This document shows positions 13,493 through 23,244 of a stretch of DNA of 64,000 nucleotides, piece by piece. Source of the stretch: Squalus acanthias (Eukaryota); contig CM059431.1 in the NCBI GenBank assembly GCA_030390025.1, forward strand, positions 94,986,001 to 95,050,000, read 5' to 3'. The notes under the pieces are model-generated. The model had not been told where the DNA came from and did no database searches. It was given only the letters and a program-made list of their open reading frames with translations. A program made the translations under genes and the position numbers. Position 1 is the stretch's first letter. Each line of letters begins with the position of its first letter.

Positions 13493-14851
13493 GACTGCAG
13501 AGCTTTGATCTAATCTATTGGTTGTGGGATCGCTTCGCTCTGTCTATGGCATGCTGTTTCCACTGTTTAGCATGTATGTAGTCCTGTGCTGCACCTTCCC
13601 CAGGTTGGCACCTCATTTTTAAGTATGCCTGGTGCTGCTCCTGGCATGCTCTTCTGCACTCCTCATTGAACCAGGGTTGGTCCCCTGGCTTGATGGTAAT
13701 GGTAAAGTGAGGGAAATGCCAAGCCATGAAGTTACAGATTGTGGTGGAATACAATTCTGCTGCTTTTGATGGCCCACAGCGCCTCATGGATGGCCAGTTT
13801 TGAGCTGTTAGATCTGTTCCGAATCTATGCCATTTAGCACGGTGGTAGTGCCACACAACACGATGGAGGGTGTCCTCAGTGTGAAGACGGGAATTCGTCT
13901 CCACAATGCCTGTGCGGTGGTCTTTGCTACCAATACTGTCATGGACAGATGCATCTGCGACAGGTAGATTGGTGAGGACAAGGTCAAGTAGGTTTTTCCT
14001 TCGTGCTGGTTCTCTCACCACCTGCCACAGACCCAGACTGGCAGCTATGTCCTTCAGGATTTGGCCAGCTCGGTCAGTAGTGGTGCTACCGAGCCATTCT
14101 TGGTGATGGACTTTGAAGTCCCCCACCAAGACTACATTTAGTGCTTCTTCCAAGTGGTATTCAACATGGAGGAGTACTGATTCATCAGCTGAGGGAGGGC
14201 GGTAGGTGGTAATCAGCAGGAGGGTTCCTTGCGTATGCTTTACCTGAAGCCATGAGACTACATTGGGTCCGAAGTCAATGTTGAGGACTCCCAGGGCCAC
14301 TCCCTCCCGACTGTGTCGCCACCTCTGGTGGGTCTGTCCTGCCGGTGGGACAGGACATACCCAGGGATAGTGATGGAGGAGTCTGGGACATTGGCTGAAA
14401 GGTATGATTCTGTGAGTATGACTATGTCAGGCTGTTGCTTGACTAGTCTGTGGGACAGTTCTCCCAATTTTGGCACAAGCCCCCAGATGTTAGTGAGGAG
14501 GACTTTGCAGAGTCAACTGGGCTGGGTGTGCCATTGTCGTGTCCAAAGCCGTTGCCTCGGTCGATGCCGGGTGGTCCGTCCGGTTTTATTCCTACTATTG
14601 TTTTTCGTTGCCATTTGGTACAACTAAGTGACTTCAGAGGGCAGTTAAGAGTCAACCACATTGCTGTGGGCGTGGAGTCACATAGAGGCCAGACCAGGTG
14701 AGGACGGCAGATTTCCTTCCCTAAAGGACATTAGTGATCCAGATGGGTTTTTACGACAATCCAGTAGTTTCATGGTCACCATTACTGATACTAGCTTTTT
14801 ATTCCAGATTTATTTTATTAACTGAATTTAAATTCCCCAGCTGCCGTGGTG

Positions 14852-14927
14852 GGATTTGAACTCACGTCTCTGGATCATTAGTCCAAGCCTCTAGGATTAC
14901 TAGCCCAGTGACATAACCACTATGCTA
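14852..14927 (-). promoter_or_regulatory. Type-2 RNA polymerase III internal promoter (A and B boxes) of the LINE-X head
   Basis: Minus strand A-box TAGCATAGTGG (14927-14917) and B-box GAGTTCAAATCC (14863-14852). Confidence 0.7.
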
Positions 14928-15015
14928 CCCTACCCCAAAAGTATTGCAGTAACTTAGTTTACAGAGTTGGTTAGTTGCTTTGAGTTTGAACCTAACGCTT
15001 GCTATTTCATTTTAG

Positions 15016-15312
15016 GGCTTTACAATGAACCATCAATAACTGTGGCACCTAAGGATGAAGTCCAGTATGGAACTGAGGTGAATCTAACCTGCTCTTCCAG
15101 TAACGGTTATCCAAAGCCAGAAGTTGAGTGGTACAATAAAACTGGAGATGTTCCTTTTGAAAAGGATGAGACAAACACCAGATGCGATCCTGTCAACCAC
15201 TTGTGCAACGTTACCAGTGTCCTGAGGGTCAGAGTTACTACAGAATGTGTTATAATCTGCTCCATAATAAACTCCAGCCTTCAAGACAATAAAACGTCAG
15301 CGTATCATCTCC
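15016..15312 (+). CDS. Exon encoding a CD80-like (C2-set) IgC domain of a B7-family protein (CD276/ICOSL-like)
   Basis: Acceptor ttcattttag and donor c|gtacgt; 297 bp, phase 1-1. Encodes LYNEPSI...NLTCSSSNGYPKPEVEW...LCNVTSVLRV...IICSIIN, typical B7 IgC motifs. Confidence 0.85.
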
Positions 15313-16083
15313 GTACGTAACCATGTTAGGATACATTGCATGTTTAAACAATCTATGTCTTGATATAACACAGCAATTATATTTCAATATTTTGGTGGCA
15401 GCATCATTCATATTTGTTGGATGCAAATTCTATTATGATGGACTCACTAAAGAAAGATTCCTTATACCACATGCGCTCAGGACACAGCCCACTGGATTTT
15501 TGGGTTAATCGGTATTTTTGACCGGAAAATTGCAGAAGATTACGGCAACACTTATGTGATATTCCTTCATTTCTCATGGAGAAATTGTGGGCTATTGTGG
15601 ATCTGTTTGGACTCTCTGGGGAGAAATTCCCTACCTTATCGCCACCCGTTAGTGCGGCGTAATGTGGAGAAAGCGGCGGCGGCCGCTCTTCCGCCAGCTG
15701 GTGGCGGGTCCAACTGCATCCTACATTTTCGAAGTCCCGGTAGCGCTGCCGTTATGAAGTATCGCCCTGCAAAGAAAAATGGTAGAGCACGCTGACTTAA
15801 TGTCACCACGGCGAACTTTGACCCTAGTGCTGAGTTCAGTGCTGGGTCCTAAGCACGCCAGGTAAACCCAGCAAGCGGACTGACAGAGGCGCTGTCAGCA
15901 CCTCTTAAAGGGACACACAGATCTTTCAGGTAAGTTTGCATTTAAGCCTTTAGACTAGGTTTTATTTTATTTGACTGAAGTAGTGGCTTGCTGCAATAGA
16001 TGTTAAAAGTTTTTTAAATGTGTAGGGAGTGCTGCTGGATGCTTGCAAGGCCTCAGATGGTAAAGGAAGGCCTCTGAGAAGAC

Positions 16084-16220
16084 AGAAAATGCTGCAAATA
16101 CTCAGCTGGTCAGCAACATCCGTGGAGAGAGAAACAGAGTTCATGTCTCAGGTCAAAATGCTGCCTGACCAGCTAAGTATTTCCAGAATTTTAAGCTGTC
16201 ATTTCAGATTTATAGCATCT
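16084..16220. mobile_element. Short inverted Penelope terminal-repeat fragment inside the Harbinger element
   Basis: agaaaatgctgcaaatactcagctggtcag... followed by its inverted copy; same insertion site as 52146-52295. Confidence 0.7.
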
Positions 16221-17389
16221 ACTCGCAAAGAGAAAAGGAAGATGCAGAAGAGGAGGAAGCAGAAGAGGAGGTAGCAGAAGAGGAGGTAGCAGAAGGAAGG
16301 ATGCAATCCAGACCACACCTTTCTGGCCAGGATATCCAGAATGGAATCATCCACCTGCGGTTCCAGTGACCATAACCCCAAATTCCTTTGAAGATTTGTT
16401 CCATACCTTACCTTACCTTCCCTGTTACTGACCATCACAGCGTCCTTTTAGCCACAATGCTGAAATAAAAGCCACCACAAAGCAAACTTTCTAATCCAAC
16501 TTTATCCATCTATCCATCCAATATGGCATCAAGAAATGAACTCCTCCCCCTTATGCATTCTCTTAGTGACTGTCTTGTGTGTGCCTTTGCCCAGTGGCTG
16601 CAGCATGGCTGGTGGAAGGCTGTTGACTTTCAGTGGGGGACACTGCAAATGGCCTTGCTGGTCGACCTTGAGTAGCTGGTGGCTGGGAGTGTCGAATCAA
16701 GTGATGGTGTTTCTTCTTCTTCTTCTTCACTCTCCTCTCCCACTTCTTGGTCACCCACTGGCTGGGCAGGCTGCAATTCTTGGGTGTGTAAAATGAGGAA
16801 GGCACAAGGGTGGAGTTGTGGTGAGGGGAATGCAGCAAAACAAGAGATGCATGGCAGAAGGAAGGTAGCGTATGAGGATACCAGCATCTTTTCTGCCCTG
16901 CCGCTGGCCAAGAGCTCAGCCATGCCCCTGCCATCAATGGCCTGCACTGTCTCCTCCAAGGGAGTGAGGTGAGGCTAGGAATGGGAGATGTGCCTCGTGA
17001 TTGGTACAGATTATTTGTAGGTGAGTGATTGTAGTGGGGAGTCGTGCATTGAGCAGTGTGTGAGGCTAATGCTGCAGTTGGTAGGAGATGGCTTTTGAAG
17101 ATGCATTCACTGACCTTGACTAGTGGTCTGAGGTCATTAAGCTTCTTAGGGCACTGGAGCCAGGTAGTGGGGGTGACACTGCTGGCAGTGATGGCCTCGG
17201 TGATGTCGTCCCACATCATTCTTTCTGGTGGGCCTCCTGGCCCCTGTGGGTAGAGGTCCTTTCTCTTGTGTGCGTGACCCTGGGTGTCCCTTCCCTGGCT
17301 TGCTGAGCCATTTGTGTTAGTGTTGAAGCACTTTTCCCATTTTTTGAGGTTCGGAAGGGAATTCAGCTTTAAGAGCTGAAGACTCCTGT

Positions 17390-17625
17390 CCTATTACCAT
17401 CTCGTCTCACCTTGTGTATCTCTTAATGTCTCTACGTCTCACAGACCTTCCCTTTTGTTCTTTTATTCCCTCCCCCAGCCTCCAAACTTGCTTTTTCATC
17501 TGTTTCATTTCCTGCTTTTTTCTCAGTTCTGACGAAGGGTCTTCGACCTGAAACGTTAACTCTGTTTCTCTCTCCACGGATGTTGCCTGGCCTGCTGAGT
17601 TTTTCCAGCGCTTTTTGTTGTTATT
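17390..17625 (+). mobile_element. Penelope-like element 3' terminal fragment
   Basis: Homologous to the 3' part of the GIY-YIG-bearing element at 54405-55155. Confidence 0.75.
17525..17561 (+). ncRNA. Minimal type I hammerhead ribozyme (Penelope-associated)
   Basis: agtt-CTGACGA-a-gggtc-ttc-gacct-GAAAC-GTT-aact: catalytic core, stem II, stem I agtt/aact, and palindromic AACGTT stem III. Confidence 0.75.
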
Positions 17626-18199
17626 CCCATTTGGGAGTTCTTTTTAATGTTGATTTTTTTTTGGAAAGGCAGTAAGGGCTGAAAACTGCATTTTTTCACT
17701 TAATTTTAATTTTTATTAGTTCTGAATGCATTGCCCTTTAATTCATAGCCCTTTTAAATGCCCACAATTCATTGCAAACTCCACAGCCTCGCTCCCAGAG
17801 GCTGTAAGAAGCTGCAACGCTGCTCCTGGATGGGAACTTCGGGTCGGATGCCTCCATTAATGCCACTGTAAGTTAGCATTGCGTTTCAAATCTTTAGTCC
17901 CAGCGTGAATTTTTGCCCGATAGTGTTTCGGCCATTTTCAGCAGCCGTAAACCCGAGGCCGCAGTGTCACACTGGCAGGTTTTTGTCGATGTCCAATTTC
18001 TAAGCCCCTGTTACTAAGTCTGATTGTTAAATTGTCTTACAACTATTTAATTTTCTAGTAGCCCTGATTGTGGTAGAGTTCTTGTAGATAGGAACATAGG
18101 CTATTCTGCCACTCGAACCTGTTCCAGCATTCAATGACATCATGGCTGATCTGTATATCCACTCCATCTACTCGCCATGGTTCAGTAACCCTTCAGTAA

Positions 18200-18820
18200 C
18201 ATAAACCGACAAAAATTGACACCGAGTCAATGAAGGAGATATTAGGATATTAGGACGAGTGACTAAAAGCTTGGTTAAAGAGGTAGGTTTTAAGGAGTGT
18301 CTTAAGGGAGGAGAAAGCGGTAGAGAAGTGGAAAGGTTTAGGGAAGGAATTCCAGAGCTTAGGACTTAGTTTTCTGAAGGCGCTGCTGCCACTGGTGGCC
18401 AGCGTTAGAGGAATACAAAGTTCTTGGAGAGTTGTCGGGCTAGCGGAGGTTACAGATAGGAAGGGGTGAGGCCTTGGAGGGATTGAATATGAGGATGAGA
18501 ATTTTAAAAATGAGGCGTTGCTGGGCCAGGAGCCAATGTAGGTCAGTGAGCATATGGGTGACAGATGAGCAAAACTTAGTGCGGGTAATGATCTGGGATG
18601 TAAAGTTTTGTATGAGCTTGAGTGACCAGGAGAGCAATGGAATAGTTGAAGTAAGAAAAGCATGGATGAATCTTTCAGCGGCAGATGGGCTGAGGTAGAG
18701 GCAGAGATGGGCAATATTACGAAGGTAGAAGCGGTCTTTGTGATGGAGAGGGTATGGGCTGGGAAGCTCAGCTCAGGGTCAAATAGGATGGCAAGGTTAG
18801 GAACAGTCTGGTTCAAATGA
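18200..18820 (-). mobile_element. L2 LINE 3' fragment
   Basis: Minus ORFs contain NLAILFDPELSF, LTDLHWL, KLWNSFP and KTLLKTYLF, typical of the L2 C-terminus. Confidence 0.8.
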
Positions 18821-19109
18821 AGGTGGTTTATTTGTTCTCATGAGCGAATATGTTGTGGTATGTCGGCCATGCTGCTTATATAGTGTGACCATTAGTATTT
18901 CTATGGTCGCGTTTATTCCCAACACCAGATTTCTGATTGATCCCCTTGGAGGACAAGGCACACCCAGCAGTTTATCTGGAATGTGTAATTTAATCCTGCC
19001 TACCTAAGTAATCAAGTACTTTGCAAAGTCTAACTTGAGCTATTCTGACTGCCAGGCTCCAGACAGAACAGAGCTCACATCGAACAGACAGGGCTCACCC
19101 TCGTAGGTT

Positions 19110-19785
19110 AAGAGCTTCTCCCCCCACCCAAACAGGTTTCTGCTCCTCCCAACAAGTTCCTGACCTCCTCCCCCCACCCCACCCCACCCCAGGTTTCTGA
19201 ACACCTCCCCTCCCCCCAGGTTCCTGCCCTTCTCCCCTCAACAAGTTCCTAACCTTCCTCCCACCCCTCGAATTTCTGACCTTTTCCCTCCCGCCAAGTT
19301 CCTGACCTTCACCTCATCCAAATTCCTGACCTCCCCCCGCCAAATTTCTAACCTCCCATCTCCGCCCAAGTTTCTGACCCCCCCCCCCAAGTTTCTGACC
19401 TCCGCCCCGCCCAAGCTTCCTCCCCGCCCCGAGTTCCTGACTTCCTCCCCCCACCCCTGGTTTCTGAACACCTCCCCTCCCCCCCTCACCCCAGGTTCCT
19501 GACCTTTTCCCCCCAACAAGTTCCTAACCTTCCTCCCACCCCTCGAATTTCTGACCTTTTCCCTCCCGTCAAGTTCCTGACCTTCACCCCCTGCCCAAGT
19601 TTCTGACCTCCCCCCCCCCCCCCCCGGAGTTCCTGACATTCTCCCATCCGCACCCCCCCCCCCCCCACCCGCCCCGAGTTCCTGACCTACTTCCCCCACC
19701 CCACCCCAGGTTTCTGAACACCTCCCCTCCCCCCCCCCACCCTTCTCCCTCCAACAAGTTCCTGACCTCCCCCCCACCCCCCCAT
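19110..19785. repeat. C-rich degenerate minisatellite (about 22-25 bp; aagttcctgacctcc...cccc)
   Basis: Recurring (a)agtt(c/t)ctgacc core separated by C runs. Confidence 0.85.
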
Positions 19786-19959
19786 AGATGGGGTATTGTG
19801 TGTGGGTCATGGATTGTTAACAGGTTTATTGGGTATGAAGTGAATCGTAACAGTGTCATGACTTCCGGATATCATCCAGTTCAATGATGTAATTTGCCAC
19901 ACACGCACCGAGCTTTCTGAGAAATAAACCAGGTCTTGGAGGAGGAAAGGGAGAACATG

Positions 19960-20711
19960 GGCCCAGAAATTCAGGTCCCCACGGGTGAGTACGTGCTGTG
20001 TACTCACCCGTAGGGCCACCGGAAGTGCCGGTTTTGCGCATGCACGGGAAAACGGAACTTCCGGTCTCTTGAAGGAAGGGGTTCGCGGGTCAACCGCGTG
20101 CGCCGGAGAGGCAGTGCGTACGCAGCGAACTTCGGCTTTTTTTACAGGTTTCTCCGTGCGGGTAAGTCCCTAGCAGCTGCGCGTGGAAAAAGCAGGCGCA
20201 AGGCCTACTTTTAACAAGGTAAGAGGTGAATTAAGTAAAATTGAAACATTTTTTCCACAGGTTTATCATTTTTAAATACTTTAAAGAAAGTTAAGTTTAT
20301 TTTTAGCGCCGTTAAAAACTTTAATAAATGTTTTCAAATATTTAAATTTTTGTTTAAAAGTTAATTTATGTAATTTATAGTTATTTTAAAAATGTGATGT
20401 TTTTTTAAAAATGTATTTGAAGTTTTAGTGAGGTTTTGGGACCGATCTCTATTCATAGATTTGACAGGTCTTCCTGTCAAATCTATGAATGGAGATTCCC
20501 TGCTCCGATTGGCTCCCCATGGACCACGTGATCCCAGGGGACGCTGCGAACTAGCTTTGCCGTTGGGATACGCGAGCACTGCGCGCCGGCAGCTGGAGGA
20601 GGCCCAGGATCGGAATCCCACGCGGGCCCACAGCACAACGGCAGGCGCGGTATGTAAGTGCACCCGCTATGCTTGCACCCGTGGGAAGCCTCCGACCCGA
20701 ATTTCTGGGCC
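19960..20711. mobile_element. Family-C Harbinger-type MITE (about 750 bp, AT-rich centre, internal palindromes)
   Basis: TIRs ggcccagaaattc / gaatttctgggcc and TSD ATG. Related copies at 45984 and 56913. Confidence 0.85.
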
Positions 20712-20854
20712 ATGGTGCAGGTGTAAAGGGGGTGGGGTTGGAAGAACGTGATCCATCTTACCATCTGGATCATGTTCTCTGCTTTCATCCCTCCCCCCCT
20801 TTACACCTGTATCATGTTCTTTCCCCATTCCCACTGTGCTCTCTGCATTCTTTA

Positions 20855-21210
20855 TGCCCCCCTCCCCACGTTCCTGACCTCCTCTCCCCCCAAGTTCCTG
20901 ACCTCCTCTCCCCCCCCGAGTTCCTGACCTCCTCTCCCCCCAAGTTCCTGACCTCCTCTCCCCACCGAGTTCCTGACCTCCTCTCCCCTCCGATCCTCTC
21001 TCCCTTCGATCCTCTTTCCCCTCCTTTCTCCTCCTCTCTCTCGCTCTCTCCCCTCCTCTCTCCCCCGCCTCCCTCCTGTCTCTCCCCAATATCTCCCCCT
21101 CCTCTCTCTCTCCTCCTCCGAACTCTCTCATCCCTCCTCCTCTCTTTCTCCCCCATCCTCTCTCTCTCCCTCTCTCTCTCTCCCCTTTCGAGCCTCTCTC
21201 TTCCCCCCCG
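20855..21210. repeat. C-rich minisatellite (gttcctgacctcctctccccc) grading into a CT-rich tract
   Basis: About 5 units of the same core as 19110-19785, then polypyrimidine. Confidence 0.8.
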
Positions 21211-21980
21211 GGCCACCTCCCCGCCACCCACGGATCCAGTGACCTTCTCCTTACGGAGCCAAGTAAACCGTGGTGCACAGTTAAGTCCGCAACTGTTGGG
21301 CACTGCGCACGCGCGCTTCGGTAAACAGCGCGCCTGCGCAGAAAGGGATCGGGTGCGCGTGCATGGCTCTGGGATACCGTGCGCATGCGCAGAAGGCTGC
21401 AAAGATGTTCTTGCAGATAATCACAGCATATTTCTGCAGATGTTATAGCTGGGAGGTCCATTAATGCATTGTTAGTACTTCTGCACCTCAGAACTCAGAG
21501 CTCATAACACGTGGGGAATAAGGCTGATGCTTGATAAAGACCTCCAGAAGCACCTTCATGCATGTTGTAGGCTTATTAAAGTCCCCCAAAGATATTTTAA
21601 TTAGGGCCAGGACCCATATTGTGGCTGGCTGGAGCATTCAAACAGGCACTCAGTGGCCATATAAAGCAGGCACTGCAGAGGAGACCCCCTTACTTTATTT
21701 TGTGTCTTTGCTCATAACTGGGTCTCATTCATTAACACTTGTTGCCAGTACTTGCTGTTTATTTTTCTGCCTATTTTACTTCTTCTTTATTCTGGAGATC
21801 TGTAACTGTTTTGCTGCTTTGCTGTGCTCCAAGAAAAAGGACCACCCTTCTTTGCTGGATCTCCTGCAGCAGCACCTTCGAAACTGCTTCAGTGAGCGGA
21901 GCTGTTTGGCCTGTTTGTCTTCTTCATTTCTATTCCTGTTGAGCAGCTGCAGAGCTTTAAAACTGAGCAGCAGATGTTTA

Positions 21981-23200
21981 ACATAGAACAGTACAGCACA
22001 GTACAGGCCCTTCGGCCCTCGATGTTGTGCCGAGCATTGTCCGAGACCAAGATCAAGCTATCCCACTCCCTATCACTCTGGTGTGCTCCATGTGCTTATC
22101 CAATAACCGCTTGAAAGTTCCTAAAGTGTCCGACTCCACTATCACAGCAGGCAGTCCATTCCACACCCCAACCACTCTCTGAGTAAAGAATCTACCTCAG
22201 ACATCCCTTCTATATCTCCCCCCATGCACCTTATAGTTATGCCCCCTTGTAACAGCTGCCTCTACCCGAGGAAATAGTCTCTGAACATCCACTCTATCTA
22301 TCCCCCTCATCATCTTATAAACCTCTATTAAGTCGCCTCTCATCCTCCTCCGCTCTAAAGAGAAAAGCTCCAACTCCCTCAATCTTTCCTCATAAGACCT
22401 CCCCCCCAAACCAGGCAGCATCCTGGTAAATCTCCTTTGCACTCTTTCCAATGCTTCCACGTCCTTCCTATAGTGAGGTGACCAGAACTGCACACAATAT
22501 TCCAAATGTGGTCTCACCAAGGTCCTGTACAGTTGCAGCATAACCTCACGGTTCTTAAACTCAAACCCTCTGTTAATAAACGCCAACACACCATAGGCCT
22601 TCTTTACTGCTCTATCCACTTGAGTGGCAACCTTCAGAGATCTGTGGATATGAACCCCCAGATCCCTCTGCTCCTCCACGTTCCTCAGAACCCTGCCGTT
22701 GACCCTGTAATCCTTATTTACATTTGCCCTACCAAAATGAATCACCTCGCACTTATCAGGGTTAAATTCCATCTGCCATTTTTCGGCCCAGCTCTGCATC
22801 CTATCAATGTCTCTTTGCAGCCTACAACTGCCCTCCACCTCATCCTCTCAGCCTCATCTGTTCCAAAGAAAACAACCCCAGCCTATTTAATCTTTCCTCA
22901 TAGCTAAAATTCTCCAGTCCTGGCAACTTTCTCATGACTCTCCTCTGTACCCTCTCTAGTGCAATCGCATCTTTCCTGTAATCTGGTGACCAGAACTGTA
23001 TGCAGTACGCTAACTGTGGCCTTTTACGCTCTTCTTTTTGAAACGCTCACCCAATTCCCTTTTAAATGATGTCAAAGTCTATCCTTTGTTAGACACTTGC
23101 AGTAAACCATTCCATGTTTTAATAATCCTCTTCTGAAAACATTTCTTCTAACTTCTCCCTCCATTCTTTTAGTGATAATTCTGTGTCCTGGCCCCCTTGT
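21981..23200 (-). mobile_element. CR1 LINE 3' fragments (young copy 21981-22850 plus an older piece)
   Basis: ORF 22197..22838 (WQMEFNPDKC, LEYCVQFWSPH) and CR1 3' tail at 21981. Confidence 0.85.
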
Positions 23201-23244
23201 TACTAATTGTTACTGATTCAACAACCAATGAAGATGACATTTAT

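Larger units (their letters stand above)
12164..14936 (-). mobile_element. LINE-X 5' half: tRNA-derived head, short 5' region, APE endonuclease and start of RT
   Basis: ORFs 14258..14476 (PDIVILTESYL), 13515..14300 (TTYRPPS, VGDF, LLDLVLTN) and 12164..12811 (QFGFRQ, ALDIKAAFD). Interrupted by the CR1 at 12920-13492. Confidence 0.85.
15617..18007. mobile_element. Non-autonomous Harbinger element with decayed Myb/SANT gene (minus) and transposase tail (plus)
   Basis: Termini tggggagaaattcc / aatttctaagccc. Minus ORF 16563..17219 starts WDDITEAITASSVTPTTWLQCPKKLNDL. Related along its length to 51651-54000. Confidence 0.75.

Noticed and set aside
19238..21461. Long Gly/Arg/Glu- or Pro/Ser-rich ORFs
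   Set aside because: Translations of C-rich minisatellite and CT tracts that lack stop codons.
21531..21986. 151-aa hydrophobic ORF in apparently unique sequence
   Set aside because: Non-ATG start, no recognisable domain, and no convincing splice sites in phase with the B7 exons.
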